Shown one piece after another: positions 1 through 12,394 of a stretch of 64,000 bases of DNA. This stretch comes from Lama glama. Taxonomy: Eukaryota. Position 1 is the stretch's first letter, and every line of letters begins with the position of its first letter. Made by a program: the position numbers and the translations under genes. A model generated the notes under the pieces. That model was not told where the DNA came from. It did no database searches and saw only the letters and a list, made by a program, of their open reading frames with translations. The stretch lies in the NCBI GenBank assembly GCA_028534125.1, contig CM052818.1:14758001-14822000 (forward strand), in the 5' to 3' direction.

Positions 1-1898
1 ACCAATAAAGTGTTTATTACAGCATTGCTCTTATTGCAGGGGAAAAATACAAATAAAAAATAACACAATGAGTTCCTAGCAATAAGGAATAAATAATGAT
101 ATACCTATACTGTGGAATATTAAGCAGCCATTAAAAAGACTGAACTAGTGCTGTATGTAACATTTGACTTGGAGGGACTTTCCTAGGTGTATTTTTGAAT
201 GATAAAAGTGAGATGCAGGGAGGGGCATACACCATGATCCTGTTTTTAAAAAGCAGATATTGAATAAACCCCCAAAATATATGTGCACCCAAGTGAGTGT
301 GTATATGTGTGTGTGTGTGTGAAGGACATGGAGACAAAACACAAAAGAAAACACACCAGGTTGCTAACATAAATGACTGTCAGTGTGGCAGGGGAGGGGG
401 TGTGCAGGGGCTAGTGAGAAAAAACTGGGCAGAATGTATGATACAATTACATAGATGTTAAGAAAATTATCAAAAATCTGCTATAACATGGATTGGGATA
501 TAACATGATTGGCACGAGTGCCCATCCTCCATGTAGTCCTCATTCTCAAACTGTTTCATGGTAACTTGGCATTTTTCTCATCCATTGACCTATTAGTTCT
601 GTCAATGTTAAGTCTCACAATCCTTTCTTTTTTGTATTTTGTGACAATCCTACTGAAAAATAGTTTTTTTCATTTACTGTCACCCATATTTTATGAAATT
701 GAATTTGTGCACCCCACTTTTCAAGTTGGGGTACAGTTTTACACACAAATGCAAGTATGTACCTTATACACAAAGAAATTAGGAAAAATAAGAAATTGGT
801 AGTTACAAGTTTCCTGACTGCTGAATATACATAAAGTGAAAAAACTAGTTATAAAAAAATGCATAAAGTATTCTATTTCAGTAAAAACAAGCAAAATCCT
901 AAGTATAAATGTACTCTTAAATATTTTCAAGTGAAAGGCTAAGCTTCACAGAGGATTCACAAAGCCACTGGCTCAGGTTACATAAAGGGAGAGAAATAAA
1001 TGGGAGGGACCAATTACTAGCTTTGCTTTTATACCTCCCTGTATTTTATTACTTCACTTATTATAATAAGCAAAAAAAATTATTGCTTTTGAAATCTAAA
1101 AACATTAAGTAAAGAAAACAAAGATAAATTGCAAACGATAAAATAAACTAAACTGGGTATTAATTAGTACCTACCTCATAAGATTGCTGTGAAGATTACA
1201 TGAGCTAATTCATGTAAAGTGTTTAGTATACTACCTAACATGCTGCAAATGCTCAGTAAATAGTAGCTATTTTCACTTAGAGCAAAAACGCTACAGAGAG
1301 CAGTGGAAATCGGGAAGCTGAAAAGACAAGGTCTTTGAAAATGACGTGGTGTACAAAGGGCACTTTTTTCCCTATTACTGAATCTGTTCCCCTTGGACTG
1401 AGAGGACTCATTATGGCAACCATACAGCTCATCAAACACATGTTCATTGACAGTAAAAGTAAAATTACAATTAGATAAATAAGATGTTTAAACAATAAAA
1501 AGGAGATGGCAACATTTTTGCCTTGCAGGCTCTTTAAGAACTTCAAGAACCATCCTACAGCACAATGCTTCTGCCACAACCACTCCAGGTAAGCAATACT
1601 TGGACGGGGATGTTTTCCTCATGTTAGAGGAAACTGAACAGAACACAGTTCATACAGATGGGAGAGTGATGCTACTGCTCTTTTTGACGGCCTCCCCAAG
1701 TGGGAAATCCATTCCCAAAGGCAGAAATTCCGCTTTTGATTCCGAGAATTTCTTTGCTGGTCTGCCTAAAAGCATGTTAGATTAGTGATAACCTACAAAC
1801 TGAATTCGTTTCATCAATACTGCTGGCTTATTGTCCAATCACCAAACATGAAATCAGTTCAGAAGTTGCACGAGTGTGTTATTAGTCTTATTACTTAC
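1..1898 (-). other. ACYP2: ACYP2 intron downstream of coding exon 3 (continues out of window; final exon not present)
   Basis: GTAAGT donor starting at 1898. I found no sequence encoding the C-terminal KSWLSKVGSPSSRI-like part in 1-1898. Confidence 0.85.
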
Positions 1899-2008
1899 AT
1901 AGAATTGACTTTCTCCTCGGGGCCTTGCACCTGGCCTGTCACGGTCCCTTTGCTGGTGTTCTTCACCCAGCCAACCACTCCTATCTTCCTAGCCTCATCT
2001 TCGGTGTA
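1899..2008 (-). CDS. ACYP2: ACYP2 coding exon 3 ([36 protein letters not shown] + AT of Met); includes catalytic Asn41
   Basis: Acceptor tcttgttttctcctgaaaccag|TAC ACC GAA..., 110 nt, ends ...AAT TCT AT|gtaagt. Translation has the acylphosphatase GWVKN..GTV signature. Confidence 0.97.
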
Positions 2009-3491
2009 CTGGTTTCAGGAGAAAACAAGAGAGATGAAGTCCATCATCAAAAGTCTGAGAGCATCCTGATTTTAACATTCAAAAAGTACTAAGCTGATCA
2101 TGTTTTTCTACAATAGAGTCTAGGCCAACCATTGTGTAGCTGACCTATGGTAATAGCTATATTTACAAGATCCTTCATTGAAGTGGTATTTTTCGTTAAA
2201 TTCCACTTTCAGTAAAGACAGACATGTTATGAGAAGATAGACTGATAGCGGGAAGTACTTCAGAAAACAGCTTACATGACATGTTTGGGATCCGTAAAAT
2301 TCGGCTGCGTTGCCCTCACGCCTGCTAACGCTACATTACATTGTCAATCTGGGTTCCAGGTGATAATCACTCCAAGATTCTTACTCACTGAGAAAAAATA
2401 TCCAGTTATGATCAGTATCAAGTATTGGATTAAACGACTCCAATGTTTTCTGTTGGCTCTGGACTTGCCACACAAATGTTGTAATTGTCTCTGGGTAAAT
2501 TTATTTCTCCTATTATTCTTAATAGTTTTTAAAAATTCCTTTTCCTGGTTCCAAATTCAGTTATGCTACTGCCAAATGAAAACCCAGCAATATTTTGGTT
2601 TTGAATTATTTGAACTACATCATACTAAAATTCTCATAGCTCTCGTCTGCTAGCCCTTTTTAGAAACATGCTCTTCTCCTGTTTGGGGGACAGGATGAAC
2701 AAGAGCTCTACAACCCTGTGTCCCCAGCTGAAAGAAGCAACACAAACTGAGACAATCCAGCTGCTTGATGGGATTGATGGAAGGGCTGGTTCTGAAACTA
2801 AGGTGAGCCTTCACAGATAATAAGGAAAAAGGAGGCCATCTGAACTGCAGAGGGTGGGATCACCTCAAAATGCAGAGAATTTACTTGTGGGAACCTGTTA
2901 GAACCCTCAGAGGTTAGGAACAGACACCCAGCTACTGATTCCCAGCTCAGACAGTAGGTGAAAATACATGCCACATTAATATTTAGGAAAGGAGTACTAT
3001 ATTTAAAAAAAAATAGGTATTTGTAAAGTCTTTTAAAATAAATATTTAAAAAGCAATATTTTAACTTGAGAAACCAAGGAAACACTTCCTTATGCAACAT
3101 GGGCATTTCTTATTTTATAATTCAAAATATGTACCCTTGCCTGGAGAGTTTCTTCCATGCAGAACAAGTGGAAGATCCCATACTATGTATTAAATATACC
3201 TAATCAAAATGCTTTACTGGATCACCCTGAGAGAAGTAACTTTGAAATTCACAGAAATATTTACAAAAAACTAGGAAGGCTGTAATATTTTTAATAGACT
3301 GCTTTTAAAAGACATCCTTAATAAAAATCTCAACCAGTAATTTGAAAGAAATATGAACATTTCTTCATTTGCTATCAAGGACAGGAAACAAGCAATAGGT
3401 TAGTGCTAAGTAGAAAATTGCTCTGTCTCTGTGACTAGAAATAACTTGGGGGGGGAAAGGCAAAAATAATAAACAGATTGTACAGACTTAC

Positions 3492-3508
3492 CATTCTGAA
3501 GCAAACAC
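3492..3508 (-). CDS. ACYP2: ACYP2 coding exon 2, 17-nt microexon (completes Gly, then V-C-F-R-M; includes Cys21 and catalytic Arg23)
   Basis: Minus strand: ctgAcatttctttttatccttctcttctacag|GT GTT TGC TTC AGA ATG|gtaagt. Branch-point-like A at -29, polypyrimidine tract, consensus donor. Supplies exactly the missing GVCFRM and keeps frame between exons 1 and 3. Confidence 0.95.
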
Positions 3509-3776
3509 CTGTAGAAGAGAAGGATAAAAAGAAATGTCAGCTTGTCTACCTTTAAAAAAATTACATATTTCCTGACTTGACTGTCATATAATTTATTAAA
3601 TAGTAAGTAAATGACAGAAACAAAACATTTAATATCTGAATGTATTAAGAAAACATTTTTTAAAAAATTATTTTCTTTTAAAATGAAAAGAGAAAAGAAA
3701 AATTTCTTTGGAGAAGAAGAGTAAGATTCTGAAACTAAAGTATAATGAAATGCTAAACTGCATATTCATTCTATTT

Positions 3777-4220
3777 AATTAATTTATTTATTGAAGTAAA
3801 ATTGATTTACAATGTTGTGTTAGTTTCTGGTGTACAGCGTAGTGATTCAGCTATATATGCACATATTCTTTTTCAGCTTCTTCTCCATTATAGATTATTA
3901 CAAAACATTGAATATAGTTCTCTGTGCTATACAGTAGGACCTTATAGTTTATCTATTTTATATATAGTAATTTGTATCTGCTAAACCCAAATTCCTAATT
4001 TATCCCTCCCCACCTTTCCCTTTTGGTAACCAGGAAGTTTGTTTTTGATTTCTGTGAATCTGCTTTTGTTTTGTAAATAATTTCATTTCTATCATTTTTT
4101 AGATTCCACATATAAGTGATATCATATGATATCTGTCTGACTTCACTTAGTATGATAATCTCTAGGTGCATTCATGTTGCTGCAAATGGCATTATTTTGC
4201 TCTTTTTTATGGCTGAGTAG
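3777..4220 (-). mobile_element. LINE-1 3' fragment in ACYP2 intron 1
   Basis: Typical L1 3'UTR (ttattgaagta...gttgctgcaaatggc...tatggctgagtag). 12-bp TSD ttcattctattt at 3765-3776 and 4221-4232. Confidence 0.9.
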
Positions 4221-4514
4221 TTCATTCTATTTTAAAATGATAAATAAAACAAAATACTTATTACAAGAACAGCTAAGTATATTGGCATAAAATTTACCCA
4301 TCCTCAGCTTTTAGAATGTCTTCTCTAAATTCAAGTTTAAATGTAATAGGACATTTCTATTTTAATTTTAATTCCACATTCTGGAAAAGGCAAAACTACA
4401 GGGACAGGAAACTGATCTGATTGACAAGGGCTGGGAGTGGGAAGGAGAGGAGAGCCCAAAAAGAGCATGAGGGGAACTTTTGGGGGTGATGGCACTGTTC
4501 TGTATCTCAGTTGC

Positions 4515-4541
4515 GGTGGTGGTGGTGGTGGTGGTGGTGGT
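4515..4541. repeat. (GGT)n trinucleotide repeat within an old L1 3' end
   Basis: ggt repeated 9 times, read directly. Confidence 0.9.
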
Positions 4542-5307
4542 TACATGACAGTAAGCTAAAAAGGATAAATGTTACTGAATGTAAATTATATCTCAGGGTT
4601 TTTTTAAATTAAGGGAAAAAAATATATTGGCAAATCACAGGGGATAGATCAAACCAATCTCAGAAAGGTCCAAAGATATTGCTTCCACAAACAGCAACTG
4701 AGCCTGGTTAAGAGGATACAGAAGAGATCAGTGGCTTAAGTAATTTTATGTAGTTTTGTAAGCAGATTTATCATAACAAGGAGTATCATTTGTTTCCTGA
4801 TGGTTGTGTATTACGGTACCAAATGAAAATGAAGAAAAAGAGCAGTGAAGCAATAAAAACAGGATACTATCACAAATGAAATTTTTATGGGGCTATGAAA
4901 TACTCTAAAAGATACACATAAAATATGGAGGAATGATGAGTGGGGACTATTGATCTGAAGGGGAATCAGAAAGGCATTCTGTTATACAGATGGAGAGAAA
5001 GACAGGAGCTAGTAGATATCAAAGGAAGGGGCAGAAAATTCATGAGAAACTTCAGGTCAACCGGACCGTACAGAAGAGAAGACAAAACAGGCAGAACTGT
5101 CAACTGTGCAGTCATTTTATCCTAAGACTGAGGGGATCCCGGAAGATGTTAACCAAGTAGAGCTGAAGGTCTGGGTTCGGGCATATTGTGCATAGTCCCC
5201 TCTGAGTTCCTTAACAGTGCACAGCCCCAAATAATGCTGACATTAAGGAAAGAAAGCATATCAACTGAAGTAAACAGAAATTGGAAACATATGGTCCAGC
5301 TCTTGCC

Positions 5308-5487
5308 TATTCAAATTGTGGTCCATGAACCAGAGGCATAAGCATCACTTGAGGATTTTTTAGAAAATTAAGTTCTTGGGCCCCTTCCCAGACCTAAAGA
5401 AACAGAAACGCTACAGATGGAGTCCAGGAATCCAGTTTTAATATGCTCTCCAGGTGATTTTATGCCCACTAAAGTTTAGAATCAATG
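5308..5487. mobile_element. MER5A-like hAT-Charlie element
   Basis: tgtggtcc...agcatcacttgag...ccaggtgattttatgcccactaaagtttagaa. Confidence 0.7.
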
Positions 5488-6329
5488 GTTGGCTCCATCT
5501 TAAAGGAAGGTCTGGGGAAGGTTTGAAAAGGACTTATATTTCAGGTAAAGAATTGTATCACAAGGGGGAAAATGCAAATCTTGTAGGATGCTGCAGATCT
5601 GATGTGTTTCCCACCGATGCTGTTCAAGTTCGTCTTTGCATATCAATATTGCCTCAGCTATTTCATAAGTCGGCAGCACTAAGTGAAAAAAACTATGGAC
5701 AATGAAAAGGCAAAAAACAAAAACCCTGTCCTGCGCTCTAATTGGACTTGGTATTGGAGCAGCCTAGGCAGCCTGTCACTTTGATCACTGCTCCCATCCT
5801 TATTACCCACCACCAGAAATACCGGAGCTGCCAGAGAGAAGGTTGAAACATGCTGCCCACCCCTAACCTCCACCCCGCCGGCACCCCCATCCCCACCTCC
5901 ACGCCTCCGTGAGGAATAATACCTTTCAACAATTATGAATCCCCAGCAGCTGTTTCACCATCTATTTACTGATGACAAAAAGGCCATTTGCTTACAGTGA
6001 CAGGGTTTGAGAAATCTGTAAAAGAGGTACTCCACACATTGCAGAGATAAGGAAATTACCTACTGCAGTCTACTGATACAATAACTAGTTCCACACAGAC
6101 ATAGTCTAAGAACAAGGCATCTCAGATATATTTAATAAGCAGACTATTTGACATTCTGACTATTCACTTAACAAATATTCATTAATTGTCTAATTCTAAA
6201 TGCAGAGAATGAGATGAGTAAATAAGACAGTCCTTGCCATCTAGGAGCTTACAGTCCAGTGGGGAAGACAGACAAGTCAACTGGCAATTGAAACGCAGAA
6301 CACAACAGGGACAAACTTCTGATTATAAG

Positions 6330-6625
6330 ATATGTAAGACTAGGGATGTAGGGTACAACATGATAAACATAATTCACACTGCTGTATGTTAGATATGAAA
6401 GTCGTTAAGAGAGTAAATCCTGAGTTCTCATCACAGGGAAAAAAAATTTCCTATTTCTTTAATTTTGTGATGACCTATACGAGATGATGGATGTTCACTA
6501 AACTTACTGTGATAATCATTTCATGACATACATAAGTCAAATCATTATGCTGTATGCCTTAAACTTATACAGTGTGGTGTGTCAATTATATCTCAATAAA
6601 ACTAGGGGGAAAAGAAAAAAGAAGA
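6330..6625 (+). mobile_element. Old LINE-1 (L1MA/L1MB-like) 3' end
   Basis: gttaagagagtaaatcc..ttctcatcac...gtcaattatatctcaataaaact followed by an A-rich tail. Confidence 0.8.
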
Positions 6626-7009
6626 AAATGTTAAAAAATAAATAAAAATATAACTATGGTGAGTTGTAAAACGCATAAACCAGGATGCAAGTAGGAGTTC
6701 ACAGGACAAACAAATGACCCAGTCTTGGGTGATTTTAGGGTAGGTTTATTGAAACAGGGTCTTTGAGACAGAAATGATGAGCAAAAATTAGTATGATGAG
6801 AATGGAATAACATTACACATGGAAGAGCATGTGCAAAGTCCCAAAACCGGGATCACCGTCTCCTTGATACCATAGTTAAATATTCAAAACCATATCATCG
6901 CACTCATTTTACTAATGATTTCTAGCCCCAAACTTCGTTTAAGACTTGCTAAACAATAGCTTAATTCTGTTTCAACTGTTTCTAGAAAAATGCGTAAAGA
7001 TGTTTTTAC

Positions 7010-7690
7010 ACCCTGGTCCAAGGTATCATTGTCTTTCAACTAATCCACAGCAACTGCCTCCTCAAGTAGTGTCCCTGCATCTAGTTCTGCCCTCCTACAG
7101 TCTAGTCTCCATAAAGCAGCCAAGGTGGTTTTCTTTTCTTAAGTAAAATAGAATCACTTCTTTCCCCAGTTTAAAACCCTATAGTAGCTCCCCATTACCT
7201 TCAAAATAAAATATATTCTGGTTACCACAGCCTCCAGGCCCCTTTCTAATGCTCTACCTCACCTCTTAAGACTTGCCTTTGCTCATTCCATTCCAGCCAA
7301 ATGTTCCTTCTTTGTGTTCCTCAACATCCCAAGCATATTCCTGCCTCACGGCCTTTCCATTTACTGTTCCCTCTGCTTGAAATGCTTTTCCCCTGATCTT
7401 CTCATGGTTGGCTCCTTCTCATCATTCACATCTCTGCACCAATGTCATGTTCACAGAGAAATATACTCCCTGACCACTTATCTAAGACAACAATGTACTT
7501 GTATACATTTCCTGGATATGCATATCACTGATTAACATATTACATTATTATCTATTTATCTGTTTACTTTATGTTCATTTCCTGTCTTCACTGTCAGTTC
7601 TTTTAGGGCAGGATTTTTTCTGTCTTGTTCACCACTATGCCCCCAACACCTAGACCAAAGCTTGGCACATAGTTCAATAAATAAAGGAAA
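7010..7690. mobile_element. LINE-2 3' fragment
   Basis: cagcaactgcctcct...tactgttccctctgcttgaaatgct...gggcaggatt..tgtcttgttcaccact...cttggcacatag. Confidence 0.75.
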
Positions 7691-10600
7691 GAAAAATCAT
7701 CTGGAGTATATTTAAGTGAAATGTTTTATTTGTCCTGTAATAATTCATTATTAACATTGCAAATATATATATATAAAATGATATTGACCAGAATTTAAGT
7801 TTAATTTCAAAGTGATGATGATAAATTTACTGCATTCAAAGATGGAAAGAATCATAAAAATTCTGTATTGATTCTAGTAGAACTTAACCTAAATGGTAAT
7901 ACATAGTGTTTGGTGTGTGTATGTGTGTCTGTTTATACATAATATACTATATGCTATAAAGAGTTGAAAGAAGTCACTAGATAATGCCTAATTTAAAAAA
8001 ATCAAGAAATATTAATATGAGTATGTGGCTTACAAATGAAAGTTTAACAACACAAGAACTGAGAAAAAAATTGGTTGTCTACAGAACTTAGAGGACTTGG
8101 GATAGGAGACTAGAGCAGGATATGGTGGCTGTATTTATAACTGTGAATGATAATGGGCACACATACACTTATCTTAAAACAGTAGAACTAAAGGACTGTC
8201 CTTTAAGACTTAATTTGAGGCTAAGTTCATACTGCTTGACAAACAGGTAGATAATACAAGTGTTATTCATTGCTTTAAGCAGTGATGGATGGAAAAAACA
8301 CTAGACTGAGATAAGTCATATATGAAAGACTCGATATGTATTTAATAGAAATTTAGGTTATCTTGGTTGTGGATGAAGTGTTTTGAGGTTGAGATCATGG
8401 AGATCAAAGTCTTTCAGTAATCAGAAAGCATCACTCTTTGGGAAAGAATACCAAATGTAATTATTACGTTGTTAAATTTCTTTAGTATGTGAATATGCAT
8501 GGCAGACACTACTAGTTGCCTATACTAAATCCATTTTTCCCTTCTGCTTTTCTAACAGAATTCTGATTTTACTTGGGCAGCAACATGCCCTTGTATAGTT
8601 CCTGGTCTTTCTTATAAAAGAAATGGCCCGTGAGATATAAGCAGTCATTGGTTGAAGCTTTCAGGAAAACTATTTCACAGGAGATGGTTCAGCCAGGGAT
8701 TTCGTCCTTGTAGCCTCCCTCTTCCTGACTGCAAGGTGAATGTAACGATTGAAGCTACAGCAGCCACCTTGAAACCATGAGGTAAAGTCCAAGGAAATCA
8801 CAGAGACCTTGGCTGAGGGATGGGGGAAGTGTGGAGTGTGGGATGGGGAATGACTGGTAAAGGGAATTGTTGGGCAGGGACTCTTTGGGGTGATGGAAAT
8901 GTTCTAAGTTAGATGGTGGTGACAGCTGCAAAGCACTGTGAACATAGTAAAAACCACACTATATTTGGTATGCTCTGAATGCTTTAAGAGATTATATTTA
9001 ATATTATGTGCATTAGATCTCAGTTTTTAAAAATGTCACACACACCAAAAAAAGGAAAGCAGAAAACAGGACTGTGATGTAGTCCTTCCTACCTTTCTCT
9101 GTAGACCAAGGGCAGTCGTTCTCTGATTTTGCTTAACGAACAACCTCCCTGACTTCTCCCCTAACTGTGCTGTGCAGATCATCTTAAAGTAATAGTTGAG
9201 CTCTCTCTAGATTTTACAGCTCATTTTTTTTTTAAAGGAGAAACATACATATCCCAGGTGCTTCCTCTTCCTCCTTCTCCTGGGAATTAGTTACTCAAAG
9301 GGATCATCTCTTCTGCTCTGCCTGTTGAGGGAGCCCTGTTTGTGCCTGGGTTGGTGTGTTCAATTCCACAGTACATTTTATTATAAAGTCCACTTCCCTC
9401 AAGACTGACAGCACACCCCCAGAACTCTGCTTTACTCGTTGTATTACTTGTCAATAACTCACATAATAAAGAGGGGTCTTACTGACTAGGGCCCTCAACC
9501 ACGACCCTTATTTTGAAGACTTAGAAGGAATGTGTATCAAGAGATGTCAGGACCTCCAGCCCATCAACTTTGTGAAGCAGTGAACCATGTGGGAATTAAC
9601 TGCTCAAATCTCCATAATCCACTTGGAATTTTCTCAGAGTCTTTTTGAGAGTCCTGATCCCTAGTTTGAAGCATGCTGTGCAACACAGGGAGGTCCATAT
9701 AGGAAAAAAAAAAAGGAGGGGGGTATGTGGAGACAGATCTTCAGCAGTTGCTCCACACAGGCTGGAACAGAGCACTCTGGGGACAGGGTCTGTGCTGGAG
9801 AAGATGCTTCCATGGGCTCCCATGGCCTCTCTGCACTGCTGCCACCTCGCTTGCTAAAGAGAAGGGAGCTGATTTGACACATGTGGGGTTTTTACAGACA
9901 CACTGCTCTGGAAACTGGGACAGACATCAGCTGCTTCGGTTAAGAACGCCTCAAACACAATATGCAGCTCAGTCAGGGTTCAATCAGAGGCAACTGGACC
10001 TCGCTTTGTGGAAAGATGTGTCAGTGAGAAACTTGGAGGTGAATGTGCGCAAAGCAAATCATACTTGGAATCTACAAAGAAATGTTGACATTTACAGAAA
10101 CCATGTGGTGGATTTTAAATGTCAGCATCCTCTCGTGTAAAATCAAATTTTTATATTGAACTCCACCCCTTCACCGGGGGATCCAACTTGACATGTCAAT
10201 TTTGAGTGCAAGAAGTCATCCAGTCACTATCTTAAAAAGTAGCCCTTAATGATTTTAAACAACTTTTATTGTTAGAAAGGCCTTCCTTCTGCAGAATAAA
10301 ATTCTGCTTCACTTTACCCTTTCACCATCCATCCAGGATCTGTCCCCCTGGAGCCACACACCAGGGCATCTTTCAAAGAGTGAAACAGCCATTACACTAC
10401 TGTTTCTTCTCTAAGCCAACTATCCTCAAGCACTTCCATTTAACCTGAGCTACGCTGGAGGTCCCCACCAGAAGCATGGCCTGGAGGACATATAAAAACA
10501 AGCTAGCTTGACCTTCAAAATACTATCCTTATTGTCTAGTGAGAGACACAAATATGTGTACACAAATAACTGTAGTGAAAGGAGAATGGATTAAAGAGAA

Positions 10601-11264
10601 GTCAAAACAAGAAGCAGAACAGAACTACGAATGAAATGCTATAGGAAAAAGATGAGAAAGGGAATTAGAGTTAAACATGTCTCTTGACTTTAATGTACTA
10701 AAATTTTCAACCTCTAAAACAGCTTTTCCACTGACCTGTCTACATAAAGAAAAATGTGTACCCCTAAATCATGTGGTGTCTCACAAAGCTATTTAGTAAT
10801 TCATCCCAATTTTCATTTTAAGTAATCTTACAGAAAACTGCTATTTATTCCTGTATTCCAATAAGATATTCCTATTCTAAATCTGAGTTAATGCTGTCAA
10901 AAACAAACTACTGAATTTCCAATGCACAAGGAAACTAACCAATCACCACAATTCATTTCTACCTGAGTATTTTACCTTAATAGTCACTTGAGAGTTAGTA
11001 AAACATCAAAAAATCTATACACAGCTTAATCAATTTCCCTTTCAAATTTTCAGATTCTATTATTCTAGATGTAATTGTATAAACATTTACAGGAACATTA
11101 TAGGTCAAGCCATAGTTAAAAACACTCTAAAAACAGAGAGCCAGTCTCTTAATCCCCTATCTCTCATCCCAAAGCCCCCAAAGCAACAGAAATTGGTGGG
11201 AAAAAACACGGAGCTTCTTAAGAATGTGAAGATAAAAAATGGAGGGTGGAAAGGGAGGGGAAAA

Positions 11265-11845
11265 AAGAGTAACTTATCAGTGAACAAACACTATCTCAGC
11301 CAAGTGATCAAGGTGTACATCAACAGTGATAAGTCACGTTGCTAGTGTGCACCCGTGATACTGTGCGATGAGAATGGCACTCGACCACTGCGGTCTTCCT
11401 CCCAATAACCCACAACCTCAGTCCCATCATAATAAAAATACCAGATAAATCCTCATTTGGGAGTATTCTACAAGGTACCTAGCCTCAAAGTACTTCTCAA
11501 AACCGCCAGGGTCATGGAAAACAAGGTAAATCTGAGAAACTGTCACAGCGCAAAGGAGACTAAGAGGAGAGGATGACTAAAGGTAATGCCACAGCCTGGA
11601 TGAATCCTGGAACAGAAGAAGGACTTTAGGTAAAAACTAAGGAAATCTGAATAAAGTATAGACCTTGGTTAATAATAATGAATCAATATTGGCTCACCGC
11701 TTGTGACAAATGTATCATACTAATGTAAGATGTTAATAACAGAGGAAATGATGTGGAGAATACAAGAACTCTCTATATTATCTTTCCGACCCTTCTATCA
11801 ATCTAAAACTGTTCTCAAACCAAAAAAAAAATTATTTAAAAAAAC
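11265..11845 (+). mobile_element. Old LINE-1 (L1MC/L1MD-like) 3' region
   Basis: ctcagccaagtgatcaagg..catcaacagtgataagtca...atctaaaactgttct followed by an A tail. Confidence 0.75.
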
Positions 11846-12086
11846 AGAGGAAGGGAAACAGCAGTGGAGAGCAGCAGCAGCCTAATGGAAGAAATGTTCA
11901 CATACTGGGGTATGGGGAAGTCATTCTGGCTTATGTATGAGTTAACTCGAATTTTATGCTAAGTAGAACAGCCTGTTTGTAGCCTATCAAAAAAAAAAAA
12001 AAGCTCCATAAGCTAATTTAACTCATTTCACACCTGCTTTCATTATCAAAGAAAAAGGCACATTGACTGGAAGTAAAGAATGTCCA

Positions 12087-12394
12087 TGTTAAAAATAAAG
12101 ATTTAAATGCCTCCCTTTCTGGGACACCAATGCTGACACTCCTTCAATGACAAGACTCCCTCCGCTGTGTACATGCTGATCTGTTTTTTTGAAACCTTGA
12201 CGGGATGTACCCCTAATTTGCTTAATGTTCTTTGTTCCGACAAGATATAACACTGTGCTGAAAACCATGCTTCTCAGGAGCAGTTCCTCAGAGTTATTGG
12301 AGAGGCTGTCTCCCGTGCCATAATCTTCAGTTTGGCTCAAATGAAACACTTTTCTATTCTCATTATAGATTTTTTTATTGATTATTTGTCAAGA
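12087..12394 (+). mobile_element. ERV1-like solo LTR in ACYP2 intron 1 (antisense to the gene)
   Basis: Starts TG(ttaaaaataaag). Has a TATA-like gatataa and an R/U5-like gcagttcctcagag...ataatcttcagtttggctcaaatgaaa segment. Confidence 0.7.

Noticed and set aside
705..734. Imperfect palindrome tgcaccccactt-ttc-aagttggggtaca
   Set aside because: The stem is too short for a pre-miRNA and has no supporting context; probably chance or a decayed DNA transposon.
9596..10140. 137-aa ORF and overlapping ORFs in intron 1
   Set aside because: No recognisable protein family or supported exon structure, and ORFs occur in several frames on both strands. The region might be regulatory, but I cannot support that.
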